Source: Salinispira sp. (lineage in GTDB: Bacteria > Spirochaetota > Spirochaetia > DSM-27196 > Salinispiraceae). Taken from it: DNA of 64,000 nucleotides. The stretch covers positions 3,072,001 through 3,136,000 of the forward strand of contig OZ271918.1 of the NCBI GenBank assembly GCA_965602015.1, in the 5' to 3' direction. Made by a program: the position numbers and the translations under genes. Each line of letters opens with the position of its first letter. Position 1 is the stretch's first letter. The notes under the pieces were generated by a model. The model ran no database searches, was not told where the DNA came from, and worked only from the letters and a program-made list of their open reading frames with translations. Shown in pieces: positions 48,698-58,919 of this stretch.

Positions 48698-50017
48698 TCA
48701 CGGAAAGTAGAGGAAGCAAAAATCACACACATTTGTGTTTGTGGGTCCGGTTTTGTACAGCACTCCCTGTTCAGCCAGATAATGATATGAGTCGTTTCGT
48801 CCCAGCCAAAGCTCGGGGTCCGGCCCCTGGGCTAGCCGGCTCAGGTCACCGGCGGTGACAATTGCTCCAGCGGCATCGGTTGGTCCGTCATTTCCATCGC
48901 TTCCCGCGGCCAGGAAGGAGGCCGTGACCGTTGAGCTGTGGGGCAAAATACTATTGATGTATGAAAGAGCCAGTTCCTGGTTTCTTCCGCCAAGTCCGTC
49001 GCCCCTGATGCTAACGGTTGTCTCACCGCCGCATAAGAGAAGCGTCGGGCCAGGCATGGGCGGCTCCAAGGCCATGGCGGCAAACAGCTTTGCGATCTCC
49101 CGGGCTTCCCCGGTCATACGGGAGCTGAGTATCAGTGTTCGAACTCCCTTTTGCCGGGCACAATCGGCTGCGGCTTCCAAAGCCGCCCGGTTATTACCCA
49201 GAACAATGGTCGAAACAGTTGAAAATACTTCCGCTCCCGGCTTTGGGGTTTCCAGCGAGTCATCTTCCAGGCCCTTGTGGAAGTGCTCAAGAATCGGATG
49301 GGGAATCCGGGCTTCAATGCCGTATTTTTGCATTATGGCCCACACATCGGAAAACCTCGATGGATCAGGCACTCCGGGGCCCGAGGCAATGCTTTCCACA
49401 TCATCACCGACCACATCGGAGAGCAGGATGTTTATCAATCGGCCGGGATACACCAACTCGGCGAGGCGTCCGCCCTTGATTCCGCTGGTATGCTTCCGCA
49501 GAATGTTCATCTCATGGATGTCCGCCCCGCACTCAAGGAGAATCCGGGTCATCTCCTGAATATGATCATAGCCGAGCCCGGGGTAAGGCCGGGTAATTAA
49601 TGCCGAACCGCCGCCGGAAATCAAATTCAGAACGAGGGTGCGCCGGTCGGCGCTTTCGACAAATGCCGCAATGTCCCGCCCCGCCTGGATGCTGTTTTCA
49701 TCGGGGACTGGGTGGCCGGCCTCCTTCAGCCTGACATACGCCGTACTGTCTACGTGACCGTATTTCACCGCGACCAGACCGTCCACGGCGCCGGAATAAT
49801 TTTCCAGCACCTCCTCCATCGCCCTGGCCATGGGCGCAGAAGCCTTTCCTGCCCCGGTTATCAGGATGCGGTCAAAATCGTTCAGATTGATATCGAGGTC
49901 TTCCCCGATAACAAGCAGCCCGCCCTCCTTAACCTTGATCCGTTTGCGAATCATCTCATAAGGATTAACCCGGCGAACCGCCGCCACATACAGTTCTTGC
50001 AATAGCTCTCGCGACAC
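48698..50017 (-). CDS. Glycerate kinase type 2 (MOFRL family)
   Basis: GAGKAS, AGHPVPD, ISGGGSAL, SDVVGDD..IASGP, GGETTV, GGRNQE and TGPTNTNVCD. GTG start follows AGGAG. Confidence 0.92.
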   Translation of the reverse strand: MSRELLQELYVAAVRRVNPYEMIRKRIKVKEGGLLVIGEDLDINLNDFDRILITGAGKASAPMARAMEEVLENYSGAVDGLVAVKYGHVDSTAYVRLKEAGHPVPDENSIQAGRDIAAFVESADRRTLVLNLISGGGSALITRPYPGLGYDHIQEMTRILLECGADIHEMNILRKHTSGIKGGRLAELVYPGRLINILLSDVVGDDVESIASGPGVPDPSRFSDVWAIMQKYGIEARIPHPILEHFHKGLEDDSLETPKPGAEVFSTVSTIVLGNNRAALEAAADCARQKGVRTLILSSRMTGEAREIAKLFAAMALEPPMPGPTLLLCGGETTVSIRGDGLGGRNQELALSYINSILPHSSTVTASFLAAGSDGNDGPTDAAGAIVTAGDLSRLAQGPDPELWLGRNDSYHYLAEQGVLYKTGPTNTNVCDFCFLYFP

Positions 50018-50083
50018 TTTTGGCTCCTGATTGATTGCTATTGTCAGTATAAACCCGGCTATCAATAATTTCCGAAAATAAAA

Positions 50084-50136
50084 TTGACGTCCTACAAAAA
50101 CGGTCCTACAATACTGCCATAAACTAAACCGGTTTA
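50084..50136 (+). promoter_or_regulatory. malQ promoter with LacI-type operator
   Basis: TTGACG, 17 bp, TACAAT. The perfect palindrome TAAACCGGTTTA at 50125-50136 lies just downstream of the predicted TSS. Confidence 0.7.
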
Positions 50137-50166
50137 CCTCATTTCAGAAGTATTTCAGGAGTGCAT

Positions 50167-51693
50167 ATGTCTCGTATCTCAGACCTGCGCCGCAGCGGTA
50201 TTCTGCTTCATCCTACCGCTCTACCCGGCGAATATGGAATTGGAAGCCTCGGCAAAGATGCCCGGGATTTTATTGACTTTCTCACTATATCCGATCAACG
50301 GCTTTGGCAGATTTGCCCCCTCGGCCCGACGGGATACGGAGATTCACCCTATCAATGCTTCTCCGCATTTGCGGGCAATCCCTACCTGATTGATTTATCC
50401 ACCCTCATTCAGGACGGTGTGCTCAAGGGTTCGGAGCCCGAACTTGCGGAATTACAAAAATGCCCTACCAAAACCGTCGATTTTGGAAGGGTGATTCCCC
50501 TCAAAATGGCCCTGCTCGAAAAGGCCTTCGAAGGTTTTTACGCGGCGGGCAAGGACGGTAGTCTGGACAGGGTAATCGAGGCCCGATACCGCCGCTTTTG
50601 CCAGGACAACCAAAACTGGATTCAGGATTATGCGGAATTCATGGTCATAAAGGCGTCGCAGGGCGGAGTCAGTTGGGACAATTGGCCTGAAGACCTACGC
50701 TCCCGCAAGCCTGAGGCGATGGATCAGATCAGAAAAGCCCACGAAAAGGACATAGAGTTCCAGAAATACATTCAGTTTCTTTTCTTCGAGCAGTGGAAGG
50801 CCCTGCGTTCGTATGCCGGTTCGGCGGGCATTGAGATAATCGGTGATATGCCGATTTTCGTGGCCTACGACAGCGTCGATGTCTGGGCGAACCCCCAGCT
50901 TTTCCAGCTGGACGAAGCGGGACACCCGACCCATGTTGCCGGCGTTCCGCCGGACTACTTCTCCAAAACCGGTCAATTATGGGGGAATCCCTTGTATGAC
51001 TGGGAGTACATGATGCAACGGGGTTTTAAATGGTGGATTTCCGTTCTCGAGGCCAAAATGGATCTCTACGACATCGTCCGCATTGACCATTTCCGGGGAT
51101 TCGAGGCTTTCTGGGCGGTACCGTTCGGTGAAAAAACCGCAATCAACGGCACATGGACCAAGGCTCCGGGGAAGGAACTTTTTGCCGCTATCAAGGCCGC
51201 TCTGCCGGAAGCCAAGATTATCGCTGAGGATCTTGGTGTGATTACTCCCGAGGTTGAAGAACTGATAGCCTTCACCGGCTACCCGGGAATGAAGGTGCTG
51301 CAGTTCGCCTTTGATTCGAATGACGACAGTGATTTCCTACCGCATAATTACAACCGCAACGCAGTGGTATATACCGGGACTCATGACAACGAAACCGTCA
51401 GCGCCTGGTTCGACAATGCCGCCCAATCCGACCGGGAAATGGCCTCGCGCTACCTGGACTTGGGGGAGAATCCCAAAGCTGTCCACTGGGATTTTATCCG
51501 GTGCGCCAGCTCATCTGTGGCCGCCACTGCGGTGTTCCCGTTGCAGGACATCCTGGGACTGGGCGATGAGGGGCGTTTCAATCTTCCGGGTACCCTGGGA
51601 GGAAACTGGGACTGGCGCTATGAGTCCGCCGACCTCAAGCAGGAGCATGCCGATCGTCTCGGTGAAATCACCAGAATCTACGGGAGGTCCTGA
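50167..51693 (+). CDS. malQ: 4-alpha-glucanotransferase (amylomaltase, GH77)
   Basis: GILLHPTALP, GVPPDYFSKTGQLWGNP, RIDHFRGF, AEDLG and YTGTHDN. Confidence 0.97.
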   Translation: MSRISDLRRSGILLHPTALPGEYGIGSLGKDARDFIDFLTISDQRLWQICPLGPTGYGDSPYQCFSAFAGNPYLIDLSTLIQDGVLKGSEPELAELQKCPTKTVDFGRVIPLKMALLEKAFEGFYAAGKDGSLDRVIEARYRRFCQDNQNWIQDYAEFMVIKASQGGVSWDNWPEDLRSRKPEAMDQIRKAHEKDIEFQKYIQFLFFEQWKALRSYAGSAGIEIIGDMPIFVAYDSVDVWANPQLFQLDEAGHPTHVAGVPPDYFSKTGQLWGNPLYDWEYMMQRGFKWWISVLEAKMDLYDIVRIDHFRGFEAFWAVPFGEKTAINGTWTKAPGKELFAAIKAALPEAKIIAEDLGVITPEVEELIAFTGYPGMKVLQFAFDSNDDSDFLPHNYNRNAVVYTGTHDNETVSAWFDNAAQSDREMASRYLDLGENPKAVHWDFIRCASSSVAATAVFPLQDILGLGDEGRFNLPGTLGGNWDWRYESADLKQEHADRLGEITRIYGRS

Positions 51694-53024
51694 TGCCGAT
51701 GAAGCGCGAGCTTTTGAACTCGACCATTTATTCGGTTTTTGTCCGCAACTACGGGAAAAAGGGGACGTTTGACGACGTCCGGGCGGACCTTCCGCGAATT
51801 TCCGGCCTGGGCGCTGACATACTATGGCTCATGCCCGTTCATCCCATCGGGAAGCACGCGAGAAAGGGGGAACTGGGCAGCCCATACGCAATTTCCGATT
51901 ATCGGGGTATCAATCCGGAATACGGCACCCTGGAAGACTTTCGCGCTTTGGCCGATGCGATACACGCGCACGGCATGAAGCTCATGATAGACGTGGTCTA
52001 CAACCACACCAGTCCGGACAGTGTCCTGTACGCCGAACACCCGGAGTGGTTTTATACCAAAAAAAACGGCAAGCCCGGGAACCGAATCGGCGACTGGTCG
52101 GACATCATCGATCTCGATTTCGACAATCCGGAACTTCGGGAGTACCTGATAGATACGCTGAAATATTGGCTGGAGCAGGGTGTGGACGGATTCCGCTGCG
52201 ATGTCGCCCCGCTCATCCCCCTGGATTTTTGGATTGATGCCAGACGAGCCTGCGATGAGTTCAAAAAAGATGTTGTTTGGCTCACCGAGTCGGTCGAACC
52301 TCATTTCATCGAAGAGCTCAGGGGACGGGGCTTTATATGCCACAGCGATGCGGAGATGTATGGCGCCTTCGACATTGCCTATGACTATGACACCTACTTC
52401 GCCATCCACCGCTATGCCGCCGGTGAGATGAGTCTTGAGCAATACATGGACCTCAAACGAATTCAAATCTACAGCATGCCGGGCCATGCGATTAAGCTCC
52501 GACATATTGAGAATCACGATACTCCCCGGGGAGCATGGTTCTTTCCCGAGGCGAAAGCCCTGCGAAATTACACAGCGTTCACCTTTTTTGAACGGGGCTG
52601 CGCCTTGTTGTATAACGGCCAGGAGGCCGGGGAAAACAATCGCACCAGTCTTTTTGACGCGGATCCCGTGAATTGGGAGCGCCTGCCGTCTCACGCGGAT
52701 TTTATAAAAAGCTGTGTTTCAATGCACCGGGCGGAAATCATGCGGGACGGGTGGTACGAACTCCCCGAAGGACCGGTAAAGGGGGTAGTGATTGCGGCTT
52801 ACCGGGAGATTGACGACACTGAATCCAAGCAGTGGAAGCGAGTCGGGGTTTTTAACATCGAAGGAAAGCAGGGGGCCCTTGATCTCAGCGCATACCTGCC
52901 CGGGCTTTCGAAGCTCAGCGGCAACTATAAAAACCTTCTGGACTACGACGGTGCGGAATCCGGAATAACCGTGAAGGACGGTGTCACCGTGCTGCCCGCA
53001 GAGCCGGTAATCTTCGACCTTTAA
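51693..53024 (+). CDS. Alpha-amylase family glycosyl hydrolase (GH13)
   Basis: DVVYNHT, GFRCDVA, catalytic E and ENHD. Confidence 0.93.
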   Translation: MPMKRELLNSTIYSVFVRNYGKKGTFDDVRADLPRISGLGADILWLMPVHPIGKHARKGELGSPYAISDYRGINPEYGTLEDFRALADAIHAHGMKLMIDVVYNHTSPDSVLYAEHPEWFYTKKNGKPGNRIGDWSDIIDLDFDNPELREYLIDTLKYWLEQGVDGFRCDVAPLIPLDFWIDARRACDEFKKDVVWLTESVEPHFIEELRGRGFICHSDAEMYGAFDIAYDYDTYFAIHRYAAGEMSLEQYMDLKRIQIYSMPGHAIKLRHIENHDTPRGAWFFPEAKALRNYTAFTFFERGCALLYNGQEAGENNRTSLFDADPVNWERLPSHADFIKSCVSMHRAEIMRDGWYELPEGPVKGVVIAAYREIDDTESKQWKRVGVFNIEGKQGALDLSAYLPGLSKLSGNYKNLLDYDGAESGITVKDGVTVLPAEPVIFDL

Positions 53025-54514
53025 GCATCCGATGGACCGGCGGCCGCATCGCTTGCGGCCAGTGCCGGTGCCCCGGCCGCCTGCCCGTCGTCGCTATCGT
53101 CCTCAGCGGCTTGCGAACTTTCATCCAGAGGCGGACGCTGCTCCGCCTCTTTTATTTTCCTGTTCGCCCATATCAGCGTAATAATTGCGGCGGACCAGTT
53201 TACAATTACCAATCCGACCCACACTCCCCGCTCGCGCATCCCGAGGGCAAAAGCCAGGAGGGAGAACACCGCCGCCGGCGCGAGAACCTGACGATAGAGT
53301 CCCATCCACATGGTCATGGCCGGGCGCTTAAGCCCCTGGAGAACCGAGTTGGCCTGAAAAAGGATAACATAGCTGTAAAAGGTTAATCCTTGAATGAGAA
53401 GGTATTCATACCCGATGCGGATAACATCCTGATTTTCAGTGAATACCGAGAGAACATAGCGCCCGAATATCAAGACCGGCGTGAGCAGGGCAATCATTAT
53501 ATACAGTCCGTAGCGCAATGTTGTTCGAAAGCTCTGACGCACTCTGTCGAGTCGTCGGGCCCCGTTGTTCTGCCCGACCAATGCCGAAAGGGCGAAGGTC
53601 AGACCGATGTTGGGAATAAGAGCAATCTGCTCGACCCGGACCGCAGAGCCGTAGGCTGCAACCACGTCGGTGCCGTATCGCGAAATATACCAGGTTATGA
53701 CAAAGGTCCCCATTGCCATAACCATAAAACTCATCATTGCCGGAAGTACCTGGGAAATAAGTTCGCTCGCGGATTTCCGCTCGGGTATAAAATCCCGAAC
53801 TGTCATGCCCTTCAAGGCGCCGACCCGTACTGCCCTGGTCAGAATATACACAGCGGTAATCGCCTGGATTAAAATGGTGGCAAGGGCGATGCCACGTTCT
53901 TCGAGGGCGGGAATTACCATGACCCCGCCGAGATTTACGCCCCTCATCAGCAGGGGATCGAGTCCAAGGTTTAGTAAAAATCCGGCTATGAGGGAGTTCC
54001 GGAATACCTTGGAGTTGCCCCGGGCCGCGAGAGCCGAATTGAACACGGAATTCAGGCTGATAAAAACCCCGCCGATTACGATTACCGACGCATAGCCGAA
54101 GGCCCTGGGAATAACCGAGGCTTCGGCGTTCATAAAGGTGAAAATCGGACGGATGAGAAAGTAGAGCGGAACTGAAATCAGAATCTGCGCAATGACGGTA
54201 AAACTGATGGCCTGGGCATAAATGTGCCGAGCGTCATCAGGTTTCTTGGCTCCGAGAAAATTGGATATAAGCGCATTGGAGCCCTGGGAGAACCCGACGC
54301 CGATGGCCATTACCAGGAGGTAGACAGGAAAGTTCAACGACAGGGCTGCCAGTGACTCGGTGGAAAGCCGTCCCGCCCAATAGGTATCGACCACGTTGTA
54401 CATGGTGGTAAAAATTGTCCCGATACTTGCGGGAATAGCGATGTGACGGATCATTGCGGGTATATCCCCGCTCACCAGGTCCAGATCACCGGTGAAAGCC
54501 GGACGTTTTGCCAT
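53021..54514 (-). CDS. MATE family efflux transporter
   Basis: MYNVVDT, NLGLDPLL, GIALAT and VGQNNGA, with about 12 TM helices. Confidence 0.92.
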   Translation of the reverse strand: MAKRPAFTGDLDLVSGDIPAMIRHIAIPASIGTIFTTMYNVVDTYWAGRLSTESLAALSLNFPVYLLVMAIGVGFSQGSNALISNFLGAKKPDDARHIYAQAISFTVIAQILISVPLYFLIRPIFTFMNAEASVIPRAFGYASVIVIGGVFISLNSVFNSALAARGNSKVFRNSLIAGFLLNLGLDPLLMRGVNLGGVMVIPALEERGIALATILIQAITAVYILTRAVRVGALKGMTVRDFIPERKSASELISQVLPAMMSFMVMAMGTFVITWYISRYGTDVVAAYGSAVRVEQIALIPNIGLTFALSALVGQNNGARRLDRVRQSFRTTLRYGLYIMIALLTPVLIFGRYVLSVFTENQDVIRIGYEYLLIQGLTFYSYVILFQANSVLQGLKRPAMTMWMGLYRQVLAPAAVFSLLAFALGMRERGVWVGLVIVNWSAAIITLIWANRKIKEAEQRPPLDESSQAAEDDSDDGQAAGAPALAASDAAAGPSDA

Positions 54515-54665
54515 ATGCGCTCCTTTTTATGCCTGACAATTAAGCTAATCGCCTGAGTAGATTAGTACAAGTCAAGAAGAGGACTCAGGACAAATTTATT
54601 ATCAATTTTCTCATATTTAATAGAGATTATGTACTTTTATCAGCCGCCGGGGCATAATAAGAGCC

Positions 54666-55604
54666 ATGGCCGATCTCGAAACTGTAACCTCCATATTAAA
54701 GACCTTGTCTGACCAGAACCGCATCCGGGTGGTGAGCCTCCTGGAGGAGACCGAATTGACTGTGAAGGAGATGCTGGAAATCCTGCAAATTAGCCAATCT
54801 ACCTTGAGTTCGCAGCTCGGTCAGCTCAAAGACTCGGGATTGGTAAAATCCCGCAGGGAAGGTCAGTTTGTATACTACAAGCTGCTGCGGCAAAACAGCG
54901 ACCAATTCAATGCGCCTCTGATAAGTCTGATCCAGCCGTACATAAAAGAGGCCGAATGGTTCGACCGAGACCGGAGAAATCTCGGAGAAGTTCTTAAAAA
55001 GCGCCAGGCTGCTTCCTGGCATTACTTTGCAGACAGGAATGTTCAGAACAGCAGGAGTCCCGGGCAAACCTGGGAATCCTTTGCCCTCGGTATCATGAGG
55101 CTCCTGCCGGAGAGTCGAATCGCAGACTTCGGCTGCGGGGCCGGCCGGGTTGCCGGGCTTTTGGCGGAATATGGCCACCGGGTCACCGGAATTGATAATA
55201 ACAAAAAGCAAATAACTGCCGCGAAAAAGCTTCATCAGGATCAGTCCGACCGCTTGGACTTCATGTGCGCGGATATGGAAAAGTGCGGCTTACCGGATCA
55301 ATCCATGGATGTGGTAATTATCAGCCAGGCCCTGCATCACAGCGCCGATCCGGCAACCGTCGTGGCGGAAGCCGCACGGGTCCTCAAAGAGGGCGGCCAG
55401 GTACTTATTTTGGATCTTCACCGTCACACACAGGAATGGCTGCAGGACAGTTTCGGAGACCATTGGCTAGGCTTTACATTGGAACAAATTGGGAAGTGGC
55501 TTGAGGGAGCTGGCTTTTCGAAGCAGAACACGAGAATTCTACGTTCGGATGCTGAGCATAGTGAAATAGATACACTAATTGCTCATGCGGTAAAAGTCGG
55601 ATAA
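54666..55604 (+). CDS. ArsR-HTH plus SAM-methyltransferase-fold regulator (SahR-like)
   Basis: LSDQNRIR..SQSTLS..L..SGLV.SRREG, then DFGCGAG, QALHH, VLKEGG and HWLGF. Confidence 0.85.
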   Translation: MADLETVTSILKTLSDQNRIRVVSLLEETELTVKEMLEILQISQSTLSSQLGQLKDSGLVKSRREGQFVYYKLLRQNSDQFNAPLISLIQPYIKEAEWFDRDRRNLGEVLKKRQAASWHYFADRNVQNSRSPGQTWESFALGIMRLLPESRIADFGCGAGRVAGLLAEYGHRVTGIDNNKKQITAAKKLHQDQSDRLDFMCADMEKCGLPDQSMDVVIISQALHHSADPATVVAEAARVLKEGGQVLILDLHRHTQEWLQDSFGDHWLGFTLEQIGKWLEGAGFSKQNTRILRSDAEHSEIDTLIAHAVKVG

Positions 55605-55617
55605 GTATCCGGCATAG

Positions 55618-55701
55618 TGCCGGCGGGGAGACTTGAACTCCCACACCATTGCTGGCGGCAGATTTTGAGTCTGCTGCGTCTACCAATTCCGCCACGCCGG
55701 C
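55618..55701 (-). tRNA. tRNA-Leu(CAA); CCA end not encoded
   Basis: GCCGGCGTGGCGGAATTGGTAGACGCAGCAGACTCAAAATCTGC...GGGAGTTCAAGTCTCCCCGCCGGCA, with a long variable arm. Followed by CTA. Confidence 0.96.
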
Positions 55702-55784
55702 ATTACCGCATGCAGGACTATACCCTAATGAACAAAGCTTGGCAATCTGTGGCTAGCGGAGCCGGATTTGTGCATAATACATTT

Positions 55785-57392
55785 ATGCGAAGCGGCCTGC
55801 CCCTCGACATTTTTTCCTTCCGATTGCCGCCCGCAGCGAGAATGATTGCGGTGTTTTTCTGCCTGGTCCTGGTGTTCTCCTGCCGTAGCACTCCCCGGGA
55901 AGATCCCGGGGCCCTGGAGCGGGCGGTACTTCCGGAGCTGCCGCCACTGTTGAGTCTTTCCTATCAAAGACTGCTGGAAGTCGAAGAGCCTGATTCGCAA
56001 TTGTTTATCCTCAGAAATGCTGCAGACTCGCTTGTGACGCTAAATGAGCCTGAGCTTGCCGAGGAGTTTCTCAACCTCGCTTTGGAACTCGCCAGGGAAA
56101 ACTATACGGGCAACCGCCTCGCGGAAGTTCTGGTTGAACTCAGCAGGCTGTACACCGAAGCGGGAATCATATCCCAAAGTCTCGTCCTTCTTCAGTCGGC
56201 CCTCGACGAAGCCCGCAGGGAACAGGACAGTCAAATCCGCGGACCATTGGTGCAGGAGGTGATAACCGCATGTTTTGCCATAGGCACCGAAGCCATTGAG
56301 CTGCTCCGGCAGGCGGTACAGCAGATTTACATTATCGAAGACTATCGCCTGCGAAGCGAACTGCTATTGGATACCGCCCGCAGATACCAGGAAAGCGGTG
56401 AGGGCCAGCGGTCGGCAACCCTACTCCAGCAGGCGATTCCCGCCGCCGGTTCAATAGCCGAACCCCTTCCCCGGGCAAGGGTATTCAGCCAGCTGGGCCT
56501 CCGACTGGCGAATGCCGGCGAGCAGCGCCTGTCCCAGGTGTACAGCAGGAAGGCTGTTGAAGAAATCGACCGCCTCGCGGCGAGTCCCGGCGGCGCAAGC
56601 CTCTTCGGCAACCAAAGAAGCGACGATCTCCTGTCAGACACGCTGATAAACCTGGCCCGCAGCGGTCTGGCAGCCGACGCACTTCGGCTTAATATTCTCA
56701 TCGGAAATTCCCGGCTGCGCCTCGGCGCTTTGCTGGAAACCGCCCGGCGGTTTTACGCCGACGGACAATTCCTCCAGGCCGACCTGGTATTCGGACGCAT
56801 TTTCACGGCCCTCGAGGCCGACGCACCGGCTGACCTGGTGATTTCAGTCCTGCTGAGCCTTGGGCAGATTTACTATGAACGCGGCGATCAGTTTTCCGCG
56901 GATCTGTATATCAGCGCCGTCGATCCTTATTTTGCCGAGCTCGAGAATCAACTTCTTCAGGACAGCCTGTTGTCTGAGACGTCATTGGCGTATGCCCGCA
57001 TCGGTCAGCCCGAAGAAGGGGCCCGCCGCTCGGCGCAAATAGTAGACGGGTTATACGCCTCGAGGGCGTATATCGGTTTAAGCGACATAATAATAGAGGA
57101 ATGGCTGAGGAATAACCGGGAATCCGCGGAACAGGCCCGGATAGCATCGGAATATCTTGCAAATGCGGCCTCAGTCAGCCTGGACTCTCAAAGCATTGCG
57201 GATTCGGCGTTCGCAGATATCGCCGTTCAGTACGCCCGCCTGGGAGAAATAAGCGAAGCTCTTGCAGCGGTCCGGCGCATTGAAAACCCCTTTCCCGCAG
57301 CCCTCGGTCTGGCCCGAATTCAAGCCTACGTAGTGATAAGCGAGGAGAATAATGCTGACATTGAGATGCGCTGGAATCAGGTCAGCCGATAG
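55785..57392 (+). CDS. TPR/helical-repeat lipoprotein
   Basis: Lipobox VFSC and repeated helical TPR-like units. The start is moved downstream of the tRNA. Confidence 0.75.
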   Translation: MRSGLPLDIFSFRLPPAARMIAVFFCLVLVFSCRSTPREDPGALERAVLPELPPLLSLSYQRLLEVEEPDSQLFILRNAADSLVTLNEPELAEEFLNLALELARENYTGNRLAEVLVELSRLYTEAGIISQSLVLLQSALDEARREQDSQIRGPLVQEVITACFAIGTEAIELLRQAVQQIYIIEDYRLRSELLLDTARRYQESGEGQRSATLLQQAIPAAGSIAEPLPRARVFSQLGLRLANAGEQRLSQVYSRKAVEEIDRLAASPGGASLFGNQRSDDLLSDTLINLARSGLAADALRLNILIGNSRLRLGALLETARRFYADGQFLQADLVFGRIFTALEADAPADLVISVLLSLGQIYYERGDQFSADLYISAVDPYFAELENQLLQDSLLSETSLAYARIGQPEEGARRSAQIVDGLYASRAYIGLSDIIIEEWLRNNRESAEQARIASEYLANAASVSLDSQSIADSAFADIAVQYARLGEISEALAAVRRIENPFPAALGLARIQAYVVISEENNADIEMRWNQVSR

Positions 57393-57400
57393 ATTGTGAA

Positions 57401-58087
57401 TCAGGCGCCAATGAGGGTTCCGAAGAATTCCCTGCCTTCGAGAATATTTTCAATATTTTCTAGATTTTTTCCGCCGGCGCTGATCACCTGAAGCCCCAGC
57501 TCCGCTGCCCTTCGGGTGGCGACGGGGTCGAACGGGAGGTTTTTTCCCGGGGTCCAGTCTTCTCCGACCATTGCTCGGAATTCTTCCCAGCTTACCGAGT
57601 CCAAGGGTCGGGCATCGGGATCGAGCTTGGGGTCGGCGGTATATACCTTCTCAATGTTCGAAAGATTGATAACCCTCTCGGCTTTGAACCGCTCGGCTAA
57701 AACCACCGAATCGAAGTCCGTGGAGAACCCGGGCTTCCATCCCGCGGCAACCAGTACCTGACCGGTGAATTCGAAATCTGCACTCGGATCGGTAACGACG
57801 GGATTTGAGCAGCGCTCGCCCAGACTGGCTCGCACCAGCTCGGCATTGAGCCTGGTCGCCATAATTCCTATCCAATCCTGATCATCGCTGCTCACATCGT
57901 TGCATATATCCCGGTACGCCGCCTGATATCGGCGGGCAGGGGCGCCGCCGCCGACAATGAGCACTACCCGGCGGCCCGGTTCCCGGTCAAGATGCTTTTT
58001 TACCAGGGCAATGAACGCTTTCACAAAAACCGTATCCACCTGCTCGGGAGCCACGATGGATCCCCCCAGTGAAATAACCGTAACCAT
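57401..58087 (-). CDS. pyrH: UMP kinase, archaeal-type sequence
   Basis: ISLGGS, VGGGAPARRY, DWIGIMATRLNA, GWKPGFSTD, VYTADPK and PFDPVA. Confidence 0.9.
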   Translation of the reverse strand: MVTVISLGGSIVAPEQVDTVFVKAFIALVKKHLDREPGRRVVLIVGGGAPARRYQAAYRDICNDVSSDDQDWIGIMATRLNAELVRASLGERCSNPVVTDPSADFEFTGQVLVAAGWKPGFSTDFDSVVLAERFKAERVINLSNIEKVYTADPKLDPDARPLDSVSWEEFRAMVGEDWTPGKNLPFDPVATRRAAELGLQVISAGGKNLENIENILEGREFFGTLIGA

Positions 58088-58230
58088 TTCTCACCTCCAG
58101 GGGATAAAGCCCCTATTCCCGAGATGAGATTCTATCCTGTTTACCCCGCAACCCTCAAGGACAAGGCCGCCTCGGACAGCTCAGCATTGACAAAGCAGGG
58201 GCGTTTATCGGATATTGTCAGCGTCTAATT

Positions 58231-58917
58231 ATGAAAGTGATAAATAAACTGCCACTCTTATGTGTACTGTTTCTCCTCGTTTCCGGGTTTTTACTCACCG
58301 CCCAGGAGATTGTAACCGGAACGGATTTTTTCGACCGGGTTGCGGCAAACTACGGCAATATACAGGATTATCTCGCTGATTTCGAAATGATCGTTGAGGA
58401 TAATCTCATGTCCGGCACCATATATTTCTCCCAACCGAACCGGATGAGGATAGATTTTACCGAGCCCGAAGAACAGGTCCTGGTGTCCGATGGACAGATC
58501 ATACAGGTTTATGTTCCGGAGTATAACGTAACCCTCACTCAAACCCTCAACGAGCAGACCAATCCCGGAACGGCTATCAGCGAAGAAGGCCTGCAGCTTC
58601 TTCGAAGAAACTACCAAATAGCTTTTCTCAACAGCCCCGATCCTGAACCTCTGGAGGAAGGGGATGCGTCCTCTGAACTGGTGTACAAGCTCTTCCTCAC
58701 CTGGCGGAACACCGCTCAGGGTTTTCGGGAGATCGAAATCGCCGTTACTCCCGACCTGTTCATTCGGCGAATGACTGCCGTTACTGCCGACCGGAAGAAT
58801 GTCCAGTTCTCTTTCAACGACATCCAGATTAATCAGAACATACCCGATGCCCGGTTCGAATACGATTCACCGCCTTCTTCCAATAACTTTGATAACTTCC
58901 TGTACGGAGTCGAATAG
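58231..58917 (+). CDS. lolA: Outer-membrane lipoprotein carrier LolA family
   Basis: SGTIYFSQPNRMRIDFTEPEEQVLVSDG and C-terminal FEYDSP. Confidence 0.85.
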   Translation: MKVINKLPLLCVLFLLVSGFLLTAQEIVTGTDFFDRVAANYGNIQDYLADFEMIVEDNLMSGTIYFSQPNRMRIDFTEPEEQVLVSDGQIIQVYVPEYNVTLTQTLNEQTNPGTAISEEGLQLLRRNYQIAFLNSPDPEPLEEGDASSELVYKLFLTWRNTAQGFREIEIAVTPDLFIRRMTAVTADRKNVQFSFNDIQINQNIPDARFEYDSPPSSNNFDNFLYGVE

Positions 58918-58919
58918 CC

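Noticed and set aside
55615..55701. tRNA-Leu as an integration site for an island
   Set aside because: No integrase, duplicated tRNA 3' end or compositional shift is visible in the window.
55617..55784. N-terminal extension of the 591-aa ORF, and ORF 55474-55695
   Set aside because: Both overlap tRNA-Leu, and the lipoprotein signal begins downstream, so these are chance open frames.
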